From an uncultured Christensenellaceae bacterium (GTDB lineage Bacteria > Bacillota > Clostridia > Christensenellales > UBA1242), in the NCBI GenBank assembly GCA_910587225.1, contig CAJULT010000002.1, forward strand, positions 26,963 to 90,962: a DNA stretch of 64,000 nt, read 5' to 3'. Below the pieces are notes generated by a model. That model saw nothing but the letters and a program-made list of their open reading frames with translations. It had not been told where the DNA came from and searched no databases. Below, one piece after another: positions 25,085-34,413 of the stretch. Each line of letters opens with the position of its first letter. Positions within the stretch are counted from its first letter, which is position 1. A program made the translations under genes and the position numbers.

Positions 25085-25355
25085 ATTTCAAATCTTTATC
25101 TGTGACTGCGCAGTCAATTAGCATTAAGACATCGTCCTTCTTGCACTGATCTTTTACCTCTTGGAAGTCAGTTGGCATATTATAATCGAAATCATATTTA
25201 ATTGCTTGAACAAAATATTGTTTCAAAAACTCCTTAGCATACAAAAATGCCTCTTCCATAAATGCGCCATCGGTTGCAAGTTCAATATCTGGAAAAAGAA
25301 CGCGATAGCAATCGTCATCTTTATAAAAAATAGCTGGGTAAACAAAACGCTGCAT
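25083..25355 (-). CDS. HicB-like (UPF0150) antitoxin-fold protein, stand-alone
   Basis: MQRFVYPAIFYKDDDCYRVLFPDIELATDGAFMEEAFLYAKEFL matches the HicB N-terminal domain pattern. No HicA-like partner and no C-terminal DNA-binding domain seen. Confidence 0.6.
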   Translation of the reverse strand: MQRFVYPAIFYKDDDCYRVLFPDIELATDGAFMEEAFLYAKEFLKQYFVQAIKYDFDYNMPTDFQEVKDQCKKDDVLMLIDCAVTDKDLK

Positions 25356-25421
25356 AGCCTCTCCTTATTTCAATAATAACACAACTTTTGCTATTATCAA
25401 AATATTTTCGCACTTTTTAAC

Positions 25422-25444
25422 AAAAAAATGCCCCAAAAGGGGCA
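25422..25444 (-). terminator. Rho-independent terminator
   Basis: Minus strand TGCCCC-TTTT-GGGGCA hairpin followed by T7. Confidence 0.8.
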
Positions 25445-25456
25445 ATTTATTTGTGA

Positions 25457-25600
25457 TTATTGTTCAACTTCAACTTTTACCTGTTTTTCTTCAGCGTAAA
25501 CAGTTTGCGCAGTTTTACTTTTTAAACTAACTCTTTCTTTGTTAGCCATTGCGGTCATATCATTCAAAATGTATGCAATATTTGCTTTAACAATTCCCAT
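25457..25600 (-). CDS. Small hypothetical protein (47 aa)
   Basis: Not in the ORF track. GGAGGACGAC RBS before ATG 25600. Translation is MGIVKANIAYILNDMTAMANKERVSLKSKTAQTVYAEEKQVKVEVEQ. It has its own terminator. Confidence 0.45.
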   Translation of the reverse strand: MGIVKANIAYILNDMTAMANKERVSLKSKTAQTVYAEEKQVKVEVEQ

Positions 25601-25690
25601 AGTCGTCCTCCATTTATGGCTATATAATAGCACACTTTTTCTAAAATGTAAATACCTTTTTAAAAGATTTTTTTAAAAACTTTATCAACT

Positions 25691-27397
25691 CTACATACGC
25701 TCTGGAACTTCTATTGCAAGCACGTCTAAACCTTGAATCAACTTCTTTTTAACAAGTTGCAAAAGTGCCACATACCCTGCTTTAACTTTTGGATCTTGTT
25801 CATTAACAACATTGTGATTGTTATAGAAGGTTGAAAACGCACTCGCAAGGTCGTAAAGCGCTGAACAAAGATTGTTAAGGCTCTTTTCCCGATAGCATAC
25901 TTCATAGGAAGAGTTAAGCCTCAAAATTGCCCTCATAATATTGCGCTCTTCTTCGTTTCTAATACGTATACCGCCAGCAGGCGTATCCTGCGTCTTTTTA
26001 AGTATTGAGTTTATGCGAACTACTGTATACTGCAAATACGGGCCAGTCTTTCCCTCAAAGGACATAAATTTATCAAGGTCAAATACATAATCCTTTGAAA
26101 CATTATTGATAAGGTCGCCAAACTTCATAGCCGCAACCCCTATTTTAAGTGCGTCATCTTCGCTCGCACCATTTGCTCTTAGCTTTTCTCGTGCGCTTGC
26201 TGAAAGCATTTCAATAATGTCTTCAAGCTTAATCGTATCACCGCTGCGAGTTTTAAATGGTTTGCCGTCACTACCATTCATTGTTCCATTTACAATATGT
26301 ACAAGTTGTTGTCCCTCTGGTGATATGCCCGACAATTTACAAACTCTGAACACCTGAGTAAAGTGCATTTTTTGTCTACCGTCGGTAACATACTCAATTC
26401 GGTCAACATTTGGATAAGCAATATTTCTCATTAAGATAGTAGCAATATCTGTTGTCGCATACAATACCGCTCCGTTAGATTTTTGAACTAGACAAGGCGG
26501 CATTGGTGAATTTTCATCCTCTTTTGCGACATCGACAACCATTGCCCCCTCACTACGACGAAGAAGTCCCTCATTATTCAAAATATTGATTACATCCTGA
26601 CAATACGGATCGGCTGTACTCTCGCCATACCATAAATCAAACTCAGCACCAAGTTTGGAATAGTTTTGCTTAATTTCATTAACCGAAAGTTCACGAATGA
26701 CCTTATATATTTCATAATATGGGCTTTCGCGTCTTTGAATTTTGAGTGTCCAGCTTTCAGCTCTTTCTCTGAAATCCTCATCTTGCTGTTTTCTGGCACT
26801 TGCCTTAGGGTATGCTTCATTGAGGTCATCAATAGTTAGTGGTGCATTTTGCCCTTTCCCAAAGTAGCCATCAAGCTTTCCATCTTCATAAAGTTGAAGC
26901 TCGGTAAGCCCCATTTGAAGTCCCCAGTCACCAAGGTGAACATCGCTTATAACTTTGTCCCCCATGAGCTTATACAGTCTTTTCAAACTTTCTCCAATGA
27001 TTGCTGGACGCAAATGTCCAACGTGGAGTGCTTTGGCAACATTAGCCCCGCCATAATCCAAAATTACAAGTTCGCTTTTCACATGCTCCTTAACGCCTCC
27101 GCGTTCATTTTCCAAAAAGACTTGTCCAAGAAGTTCAAAAGCAAAGTCAGTAATTTTAATATTTATAAATGCAGGTTTTGCTACCGAAAACTCAAATGAA
27201 GGTTTATAACCTATATGATTTACGATTTCTTCTGCTAGTTCAAACGGATTTTTTCCAAATTTCTTTGCGAGCGCGAAGCAGTCATTGCATTGATAGTCGC
27301 TTCCCTCTCGCGCAGAAAAAGAACAACTAAGTTTTTCATCATAGCCCGCCGCCTTTGCACCATCAGTTAAAATTTGTTCAATTCTGTCCTTAATCAT
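25691..27397 (-). CDS. argS: Arginine--tRNA ligase
   Basis: 568 aa. HIGH-type motif HVGHLRPAIIGE, DALR-type C-terminal domain ending ...EVPERM. Overall ArgRS layout. Confidence 0.9.
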   Translation of the reverse strand: MIKDRIEQILTDGAKAAGYDEKLSCSFSAREGSDYQCNDCFALAKKFGKNPFELAEEIVNHIGYKPSFEFSVAKPAFINIKITDFAFELLGQVFLENERGGVKEHVKSELVILDYGGANVAKALHVGHLRPAIIGESLKRLYKLMGDKVISDVHLGDWGLQMGLTELQLYEDGKLDGYFGKGQNAPLTIDDLNEAYPKASARKQQDEDFRERAESWTLKIQRRESPYYEIYKVIRELSVNEIKQNYSKLGAEFDLWYGESTADPYCQDVINILNNEGLLRRSEGAMVVDVAKEDENSPMPPCLVQKSNGAVLYATTDIATILMRNIAYPNVDRIEYVTDGRQKMHFTQVFRVCKLSGISPEGQQLVHIVNGTMNGSDGKPFKTRSGDTIKLEDIIEMLSASAREKLRANGASEDDALKIGVAAMKFGDLINNVSKDYVFDLDKFMSFEGKTGPYLQYTVVRINSILKKTQDTPAGGIRIRNEEERNIMRAILRLNSSYEVCYREKSLNNLCSALYDLASAFSTFYNNHNVVNEQDPKVKAGYVALLQLVKKKLIQGLDVLAIEVPERM

Positions 27398-27984
27398 TTT
27401 ATCTCTCTCCTCTCTTCCATTGCCCTTGAAAGAGTAACTTCATCAGCATATTCAAGGTCGCTACCCATAGAAACGCCCTGAGCAAGTCTTGTAACTTTCA
27501 CGCCAAGAGGTTTTAAAAGTTTAGAAATATACATGGCTGTCGCGTCACCTTCAACGTCTGGGTTTGTAGCCATAATCACTTCTTCAACGCCCTCGCTGCC
27601 AACTCTATCTAAAAGTTCACGGATGCGAATATCATCAGGTCCTCTATTTTCAAGTGGGCTGAGCGTACCAAACAGCACATGATAAACGCCTTCATAGTCT
27701 TTCACTTTTTCCATTGAAATAACATCTTTCGGTTCTTTAACTACACACACAATTTTGTGGTTTCGACGTTTACATATAGGGCAAATCTCCTCGTCAGTGA
27801 AATTTCCACAGGTCTTGCAAAAGCCTATCTTGCTCTTTGCCTCTAAAATAGCGTGTGAAAAATTTTCCGCCCTCTGCTTTGAGCCTTCAATGATTGAATA
27901 GGCATAGCGTTGAGCGGATTTGTAGCCAACACCCGGAAGAGTGCGGAACTGTTCAATTAAACGTTCTATAATTTCGTTTTGCAT
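27394..27984 (-). CDS. recR: Recombination protein RecR
   Basis: HhH N-terminus (LPGVGYKSAQR), C4 zinc finger CKTCGNFTDEEICPIC and a Toprim domain. Confidence 0.95.
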   Translation of the reverse strand: MQNEIIERLIEQFRTLPGVGYKSAQRYAYSIIEGSKQRAENFSHAILEAKSKIGFCKTCGNFTDEEICPICKRRNHKIVCVVKEPKDVISMEKVKDYEGVYHVLFGTLSPLENRGPDDIRIRELLDRVGSEGVEEVIMATNPDVEGDATAMYISKLLKPLGVKVTRLAQGVSMGSDLEYADEVTLSRAMEERREIK

Positions 27985-27986
27985 CT

Positions 27987-28307
27987 TTACATCCCCGGAA
28001 TTTGTGGAATTTTCTCCTTTTCAGTTCTTTCAATTTGGCTAAGAGCGTCGTTAAAAGCAGAAATGATTAAATCTTCAAGCATTTCAACATCATCAGGATC
28101 AACCACTTCTTCTTTAATCTTTACACTTTTGAGCTTTTTATTGCCCATCATGACAACTTCAACCATTCCGCCGCCTGAACGCGCTGTAAATTCAGTTGCA
28201 TCAAGTTCGGCTCTTGCTCTTGCCATATCCTCCTGCATCTTTTGTGCTTGACGAAGAAGCCCTTGCATATTTCCGCCGCCAAAGCCTCCAAATCCACCGT
28301 AAGCCAT
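27987..28307 (-). CDS. ybaB: Nucleoid-associated protein YbaB/EbfC
   Basis: 106 aa. GNMQGLLRQAQKMQEDM...GGGMVEVVMMG pattern. Sits in the conserved dnaX-ybaB-recR order. Confidence 0.9.
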   Translation of the reverse strand: MAYGGFGGFGGGNMQGLLRQAQKMQEDMARARAELDATEFTARSGGGMVEVVMMGNKKLKSVKIKEEVVDPDDVEMLEDLIISAFNDALSQIERTEKEKIPQIPGM

Positions 28308-28316
28308 ATTAACCTC

Positions 28317-28646
28317 CTATTTTATGATGAGATACTGTCCCACCTTTCCTTTTAAATTTTCTATATCCTTTTCTTCATTACTTTTTTCGCGTACTCGATA
28401 GTCAAGCTTAAAACCTATATCTAGCCCCTGCCAACGCAGAGCATTTTCAATCTCCCGTCTTCCATCGCCCAAAAGTTGATTAAGCATACTATCTTTTATA
28501 TGCACAACAAGGTTGTTTTCTTCAATCGAAACATCAGTTATGTCCCCGCACGCTACATGCAGTGCAACAAATCGGTGTTCTTTCAAAAAGAGTACTACCT
28601 TGCCCCATATTGTTTTTGCACTAACCGACCCTTTTTTAGGCATCAA
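28317..28646 (-). CDS. DnaX C-terminal-domain-like ORF, in the -1 frame relative to dnaX
   Basis: 109 aa beginning TTG-ATG, 3 nt after the dnaX stop. IWGKVVLFLKEHRFVALHVACGDITDVSIEENNLVVHIKD resembles the C-terminal domain of full-length Firmicute DnaX, as I recall it. Confidence 0.5.
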   Translation of the reverse strand: MMPKKGSVSAKTIWGKVVLFLKEHRFVALHVACGDITDVSIEENNLVVHIKDSMLNQLLGDGRREIENALRWQGLDIGFKLDYRVREKSNEEKDIENLKGKVGQYLIIK

Positions 28647-28648
28647 GT

Positions 28649-29755
28649 TTAGTTTTTTTTTACATCCTCAGCCGGCATATCCAACATAGCAGAAAGTGCT
28701 AACGTTTCGAGCAGCAATCTCGGTGACAATGTATAACGAAGTTCATTTTCAGCCCCACCGAAAATTTGCATATACGAAATGAGTTTCTTTTCCTCAAACT
28801 TAGACGCTTGATAAGCATACTTTTCCATAACCTCAGTTGGAAGATTTAAAATATCATTAGGTTGTCTGCATGTCAATGCAATGAGTAGGTTTCTCGCATG
28901 CTTAGATAAATCTTTTACAAAAACGGACATGTTTTTACCGCTATGATCAAGTTCGTCAATAAATGAAAGCATTTCTCCCGCTTCCCTTGCAAGGAGAAGA
29001 TCATAAAAACGGATGAGGTTATCATAGTCAGTTCTGCCTAGCACCTTCAAAACAGCCTCTTTGGTAACTCCGCCTTCGCTATATGCGCAAACGCTATCAG
29101 CGATAGAAAGTGTATCTCTCACACTTCCCTCACCGCTTGCCGCGATGAGTTTAAGCGCCTCATCTTCATAGGAAATATTTTCGCTATCAAGGACTTCTCG
29201 TAAAAGTTTGGTCAAATTGTCTACTGACACAAGTCTAAAATCAAAACGAACGCATCTTGAAAGAATAGTCGCTGGAAGTTTGTGAACCTCAGTTGTCGCC
29301 AAAATAAATATAACATGAGCAGGCGGCTCTTCAAGTGTTTTGAGTAGCGCATTAAAAGCACTGTCGGTCAGCATGTGCACTTCGTCGATAATATATACCT
29401 TATACTTAGCATTTACAGGTAGAAACTTTACTTTTTCACGAATTTCACGAATATCATCCACGCGATTGTTTGAAGCCGCGTCAATTTCAATTACATTGAT
29501 GTCGCCTTCAAACCTCTTGCAACTTTCACATTGCCCGCAAGGTGAGCCATTTTGATTGTTTTCACAATTAACCGCCTTGGCAAGTATCCTAGCCACACTT
29601 GTCTTACCAATACCACGAGAGCCTGTAAAAAGATAGGCATGCCCAATCTTGCCACTTGCAATCTGATTTTCAAGTGCCTTAGTTATATGCTCCTGTCCTA
29701 TTACTCCTTCAAAGGTGGTTGGACGATATTTTCTGTAAAGTGCAAGGTGTTCCAT
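28649..29755 (-). CDS. dnaX: DNA polymerase III subunit gamma/tau (ATPase + domain III only, 368 aa)
   Basis: Walker A GSRGIGKTS, Zn module CENNQNGSPCGQCESC, Walker B IIDEVHML and sensor LSRC. Confidence 0.9.
   Translation of the reverse strand: MEHLALYRKYRPTTFEGVIGQEHITKALENQIASGKIGHAYLFTGSRGIGKTSVARILAKAVNCENNQNGSPCGQCESCKRFEGDINVIEIDAASNNRVDDIREIREKVKFLPVNAKYKVYIIDEVHMLTDSAFNALLKTLEEPPAHVIFILATTEVHKLPATILSRCVRFDFRLVSVDNLTKLLREVLDSENISYEDEALKLIAASGEGSVRDTLSIADSVCAYSEGGVTKEAVLKVLGRTDYDNLIRFYDLLLAREAGEMLSFIDELDHSGKNMSVFVKDLSKHARNLLIALTCRQPNDILNLPTEVMEKYAYQASKFEEKKLISYMQIFGGAENELRYTLSPRLLLETLALSAMLDMPAEDVKKN
28653..28661 (-). other. A9 homopolymer / A_AAA_AAA slippery heptamer at the 3' end of dnaX
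   Basis: Minus strand GAT GTA AAA AAA AAC TAA. The -1 frame reads AAA AAA AAA CTA AAC TTG ATG CCT with no stop and continues into ORF 28317-28646. Confidence 0.9.
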
Positions 29756-29807
29756 AATTTCTCCTAAGATGATTATACAATTCTTATTTCAAAAAGGCAA
29801 ACGATTT

Positions 29808-29828
29808 AAAGCGGCTGACAGCCGCTTT
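29808..29828 (-). terminator. Terminator hairpin after tpiA
   Basis: AGCGGCT-GAC-AGCCGCT 7-bp stem. The T-rich tract on the minus strand is interrupted (TTTAAATCGTTTG). Confidence 0.55.
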
Positions 29829-30569
29829 TTATATTATATTAATAATCTTCACAAGTTCGAGAGGGTCGCAACTAGCAGCGCCAATAAGCGCTCCGTTAAT
29901 ACCCTTAGCGTTCATTACTGCCTTGCAGTTTTTCTGAGTTATACTTCCGCCATACAGCACGCAAATGTTTTCAGCGGCAGCGGCAGAAAAGTCTTCCGAA
30001 ATAACTTTACGGATAATTTTAACCGCCTCTTCAACTTCCTTTTGAGTTGCATGCTTGCCAGTTCCTGTCGCCCAAATAGGCTCGTAGGCAATTACAATAC
30101 GGTCAAGTTCATTTTGATATAACCCTTTAAGCGCTTCTTCAAGCTGTTCTTTAAGCACTTCAAAAGTTTTAAGCGTATTTCGCTGTGCGAGGCTTTCACC
30201 AACGCAAAGAATAACTTTAAGTCTGTTTTTAAGGGCAATTTTAATTTTTTTGTTAATAATCTTGCTATTTTCTTTAAATTTTGCTCGTCGTTCGTTATGT
30301 CCGACTATTACCTCACTTACGCCAGCATCTTTAAGCATAGCGCCAGAAATCTCACCTGTAAAGCTTCCTTTTTCCTCATCACTAAGGTTCTGCGCGCCAA
30401 TCTTAACATTTCCGCCCCGGGTTAAATACACCCCTTCCGCAATGCTAGTAAATGGAAGACATAGCGTTACATCAGCGTCCTCGCTCACTCTGGAAAGAAA
30501 GGTCATAAGATATTTTTTAGTATCGGTCGGAGTTTGGTTCATTTTAAAGTTTGCTACAATTTTTTTCAT
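29829..30569 (-). CDS. tpiA: Triosephosphate isomerase
   Basis: ANFKMN, GHNERR and AYEPIWATGTG motifs. ATG 30569 overlaps the pgk stop (ATGA) and has a GGAGAAG RBS. Confidence 0.95.
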   Translation of the reverse strand: MKKIVANFKMNQTPTDTKKYLMTFLSRVSEDADVTLCLPFTSIAEGVYLTRGGNVKIGAQNLSDEEKGSFTGEISGAMLKDAGVSEVIVGHNERRAKFKENSKIINKKIKIALKNRLKVILCVGESLAQRNTLKTFEVLKEQLEEALKGLYQNELDRIVIAYEPIWATGTGKHATQKEVEEAVKIIRKVISEDFSAAAAENICVLYGGSITQKNCKAVMNAKGINGALIGAASCDPLELVKIINII

Positions 30570-31747
30570 CTTATCTTCTCCTGAATGACTTCTAGGCAAG
30601 GTAATTTCCCATCTTCAATAAGTTTCAAGGTTGCACCGCCGCCAGTTGAAAGGAAACTGATTTTATCAGCAACTTTACATTCTTTAACAGCACTCACACT
30701 ATCCCCGCCGCCAACGATTGAATATGCTCCGCTCGCAGCAACCGCTTTTGCCACCTTAAATGTTCCGTCCTTAAAGCGTGGGTCTTCATATTTGCCAAGT
30801 GGGCCATTCCAAATAATTTGTTTGGCGCTCTTAATCGCGGTAGCGAATAACTTTGCGCTCTTTGGCCCAATATCCATGCCCACCATGTCTTCACCTAGAA
30901 TATCGGTAACGAACTTCTTCCCCTTTTTATCATCCTTGCGAAGTGCCACATGGTCAATTGGAAGAATGATTTTCTTCCCGCAAGAAGAAGCATAATCCAA
31001 AATTTCTCTTGCATCTTGAAGGCTATCAAGATAGGTAATGCTTTGCCCAACTGGCACGCCTTTTGCAAGAAGGAAGGTGTATGCCATTGCTCCACCTATT
31101 ATGATTGTATCGGCCACATCTACAAACCTTTTCAAAATCTTAATCTTGTCAGGCACTTTTGTTCCGCCAATAATTGCCACAAATGGATGCTTTGGCGATT
31201 CCATTGCAGCAGAAATAGAATTATATTCTTTTTCCATTAAAAGACCAATTGCATTAGGCATAAGTCTTGCAATGCCGTAGGTTGATGCATGCTTTCTATG
31301 TGCTGTGCCAAATGCGTCGTTGACGAAAATATCTCCAAGTTCGCTAATCTTTCTAGCAAATTTCATATCGCAAGCTTTTTCCTCTGGATAGAAACGCACA
31401 TTTTCAAGAAGAAGAACATCGCCCGGTTCCATAGTCTTAATGCGTACTTTTACTTCATCACCATAAACTTTATTGCTAAAATATACTTTTGAGCCTAATT
31501 TTTTCATAAGTATTAGTGAAATTTGCCATAAGGACGAACGCACTTCATACCCAATCGGTCTACCTAAACTTGAAATAATAACAACCTTAGCTTTCTGCTC
31601 GGTAAGGTATTTAATGGTAGGTATGGCCTTGTTGATTCTGTTAAGATCCAAAATACGCCCCACTGTATCAAGCGGAACATTAAAATCAACTCTTAGAAGT
31701 ACAACTTTGCCTTTAAGACCTACAAGGTCTTGAACTGTTCTTTTCAT
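30566..31747 (-). CDS. pgk: Phosphoglycerate kinase
   Basis: LLRVDFNVPLD N-terminal motif. 393 aa counted from the Met preceded by an AGGAGGAAG RBS. Confidence 0.95.
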   Translation of the reverse strand: MKRTVQDLVGLKGKVVLLRVDFNVPLDTVGRILDLNRINKAIPTIKYLTEQKAKVVIISSLGRPIGYEVRSSLWQISLILMKKLGSKVYFSNKVYGDEVKVRIKTMEPGDVLLLENVRFYPEEKACDMKFARKISELGDIFVNDAFGTAHRKHASTYGIARLMPNAIGLLMEKEYNSISAAMESPKHPFVAIIGGTKVPDKIKILKRFVDVADTIIIGGAMAYTFLLAKGVPVGQSITYLDSLQDAREILDYASSCGKKIILPIDHVALRKDDKKGKKFVTDILGEDMVGMDIGPKSAKLFATAIKSAKQIIWNGPLGKYEDPRFKDGTFKVAKAVAASGAYSIVGGGDSVSAVKECKVADKISFLSTGGGATLKLIEDGKLPCLEVIQEKIR

Positions 31748-31796
31748 TCTTCCTCCTATCACTTTAATAATACTATGTTTGACCAAAAATTCAAAA

Positions 31797-32717
31797 TCAT
31801 TTTAGTATCTCTTTAAGGATTTTTAAACTTTCATCAATGCTAGGACTTGTCGCAAGTGAACGTCTAACCTCACTCCCCCCTATTAGCCCCGAAGTATACC
31901 ACAAAAAGTGTTTGCGCATATATAGCGTCAGCCACTCTTCATTATAATGATCTCTCAAAATTTGAACATGTTTTTCAATATATTTATAAATATCTTTGGG
32001 CTGCTCGCCGCCTTTTAATAAAGAGAAAATCCATGGTCTTCCTTGAGCGCCTCGCCCTATCATAACGCCATCAGCACCTGTTGCGAGCATTTTTTGATAG
32101 CTTTCCATGTCTACAACATCTCCGTTTCCAACAACTGGAATGTTTACACTTGCCTTTAAGGTTGCAATCGCATCCAAATTAGCTTTTCCACTATAACCTT
32201 GCGCCGTTGTCCTTGCATGAAGAGTGATAAAGCTCGCCCCAGCCTCTTCGCACATACGTCCAAACTGCCTGCTTATGTCTTTGTCAAAGCCAAGTCTAAA
32301 TTTTACGCTTATCGGGCGGGTTGACGCTTTAACCATAGAGGAAATTATCTCACGGGCAAGCGGAATATTTTTCATAAGAGCGCTGCCTTCCCCGTTTTTG
32401 ATTATCTTTGGCGCAGGACAGCCCATGTTAATATCAATAATGTCATATTTGCTTAAAATGGGATTGGATAAAGACGCGACCATTATGTCCGCCTCATGCC
32501 CAAACACCTGGCCTATTTTGATTTTTTCAGCCTCATGCGACTGAGTCATAAATTCGGTTTTTCTAGGGTTATGCGCCATGGCTCGCGCTGAAAGCATTTC
32601 ACTTACCGTCGCGTCAGCACCAAACTCGGAGCATATTGCCCTAAACCCCACATCACTCACGCCCGCCATAGGCGCTAAAATCAAACTATCTCCAAAATCA
32701 AACTTGTCAATTTTCAT
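31797..32717 (-). CDS. dus: tRNA-dihydrouridine synthase
   Basis: LAPMAGVSDVGFR, NMGCPAPK and TLHARTTAQGYSG motifs of the Dus TIM barrel. Confidence 0.9.
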   Translation of the reverse strand: MKIDKFDFGDSLILAPMAGVSDVGFRAICSEFGADATVSEMLSARAMAHNPRKTEFMTQSHEAEKIKIGQVFGHEADIMVASLSNPILSKYDIIDINMGCPAPKIIKNGEGSALMKNIPLAREIISSMVKASTRPISVKFRLGFDKDISRQFGRMCEEAGASFITLHARTTAQGYSGKANLDAIATLKASVNIPVVGNGDVVDMESYQKMLATGADGVMIGRGAQGRPWIFSLLKGGEQPKDIYKYIEKHVQILRDHYNEEWLTLYMRKHFLWYTSGLIGGSEVRRSLATSPSIDESLKILKEILK

Positions 32718-32753
32718 GTTTTAATTGTATCAAACTTAACTAAAAAACAAAAA

Positions 32754-34283
32754 CTATTTAGCCTCATTTTCACATTCAACGGTTTTTCTTTTAAAAATTT
32801 TACTTATATACTCTTTTACAAGTGGTAAAAGTAGACAGATATAAATAAGTCCGCCAATCGCCACCGCAAAGATTAAGTTGAGTAGCGGTGAAAGCGGCGA
32901 ATATTTTATAAACGCCCACACTCCCATAAACATAATCAGCGCAGCAAGTAATGGTAAAATAACTTCAAAAATATCAATTTTAACTAAATTTCCAAGCTTT
33001 ATAAGTCCAAATACGCAAACTATCGCGGCGAGCGCAATATTAGAAAGTGGCAAAGCATATATTCCAACATGCTTTAATCGTGCGAATAGTACAACAATTA
33101 AAATTTTAATAATTCCGCCGCTAAGGGTCGCGATAAAGGAAAAATTATATAATCCCCTTGCCTGCAAAACAGCAAGCAAAAATTGCATAATGGCGGTTAA
33201 AATAATGCTAACTCCGCCTAACATAGTTAAAGTAATCGCCTCGCTTAAAAATCCATTTATCACCCTAGGGTAAATAATAGGATAAAGTACAGGACTTATC
33301 GCCATCAAACCAAAAGCAAGAGGCAACAAAAATACCCACATAAGCGAAAAAGAGTTTGATATTAATTTTTGTTGCTGCTCTTTTTGCTTGGCAGTAGTTA
33401 AAAATGAGATTTTGGGAAGTATTGCCATAGCAACTGAAAGCGAAATAATCAAAGGAAAATTTAAAATTGCTCCAACAACCCCTGTTTGAAGTCCAAAAAG
33501 TGCGGTCGCACGACCGCTTTCAATGCCTGCACTCACAAGAAGAGGAACAACAATCAGCGCATCAATTGCATGGGTTGCTGGCACGACTGCACCGCTAAGC
33601 GTGAGTGGCAGCGCCGCCTCAAAAAATGGTTTGTACTGCGGCTTTGCAAAGCCGAGAACATCCTTTCTTTTTATAAAAAACAACAGGTACGCAAGCGCTA
33701 AAACTTCACTTAAAGCTATACCTAAAAATGCACCAAACACGCCCCACGCCACCCCACGCGCACTTAAAAAGTATGCAAGGATCAGTCCAAAAGCAAACTT
33801 TATAATCTGCTCAATAATCTGACTAATTGCGGTTGGCGTCATATTCTCATAACCTTGAACAATCCCCCGCAAAATTCCAATAAGCGCCACAATAGGAAGA
33901 AGGATAATAAAAAGCTTATACGCCAGTCCTGCACTAGTCGCACCCTGCATAGAGGCAATCGGTCTGCCAAATAGAAAAATTATAACTCCCAAAACAAAGC
34001 TTAGCGACAGCGTAAAAATGATTGCAGCCCAAACCACCGACTGCACTTTTTTAACTTCCCCTCTCGCCCGCGCCGCTGAAACCAACCTAGAAAGTGCGGT
34101 AGTCACTCCGCCAGTAGTAAACACAAGCAAAAGCGAATAAAGGCTCATAACAAGTTGAAAAACACCAATTCCTTCAACCCCTAAAATATTGGTAAGTGGA
34201 AGACGAAAAAAAGCGCCAAAAAGCTTGCAGATGAAACCGCTTATAATCAAAATAATAGCACCCTTTCCTACACTATTTTTCAT
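32754..34283 (-). CDS. MOP-superfamily flippase (MurJ/SpoVB-type polysaccharide biosynthesis protein)
   Basis: About 14 TM segments. N-terminus GAIILIISGFICKLFGAFFRLPLTNILG is typical of SpoVB/MurJ-like proteins. Start taken at the Met at 34283. Confidence 0.75.
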   Translation of the reverse strand: MKNSVGKGAIILIISGFICKLFGAFFRLPLTNILGVEGIGVFQLVMSLYSLLLVFTTGGVTTALSRLVSAARARGEVKKVQSVVWAAIIFTLSLSFVLGVIIFLFGRPIASMQGATSAGLAYKLFIILLPIVALIGILRGIVQGYENMTPTAISQIIEQIIKFAFGLILAYFLSARGVAWGVFGAFLGIALSEVLALAYLLFFIKRKDVLGFAKPQYKPFFEAALPLTLSGAVVPATHAIDALIVVPLLVSAGIESGRATALFGLQTGVVGAILNFPLIISLSVAMAILPKISFLTTAKQKEQQQKLISNSFSLMWVFLLPLAFGLMAISPVLYPIIYPRVINGFLSEAITLTMLGGVSIILTAIMQFLLAVLQARGLYNFSFIATLSGGIIKILIVVLFARLKHVGIYALPLSNIALAAIVCVFGLIKLGNLVKIDIFEVILPLLAALIMFMGVWAFIKYSPLSPLLNLIFAVAIGGLIYICLLLPLVKEYISKIFKRKTVECENEAK

Positions 34284-34413
34284 ACACTTATGGTGCTTAG
34301 ATGAATAAAATATATACAAAAAGAATAACAATAAAACACAAAAAATTTTTCAAAAAAGTATTTACATTTGACTTCAAATGTGTTACTATATGGGCAAGAG
34401 GAGAAGATTAGAT

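Noticed and set aside
25691-27397. T-box leaders for argS and metG.
   Set aside because: argS overlaps recR by 4 nt and metG starts 10 nt after sigH. There is no room for a leader, and no T-box core sequences were seen.
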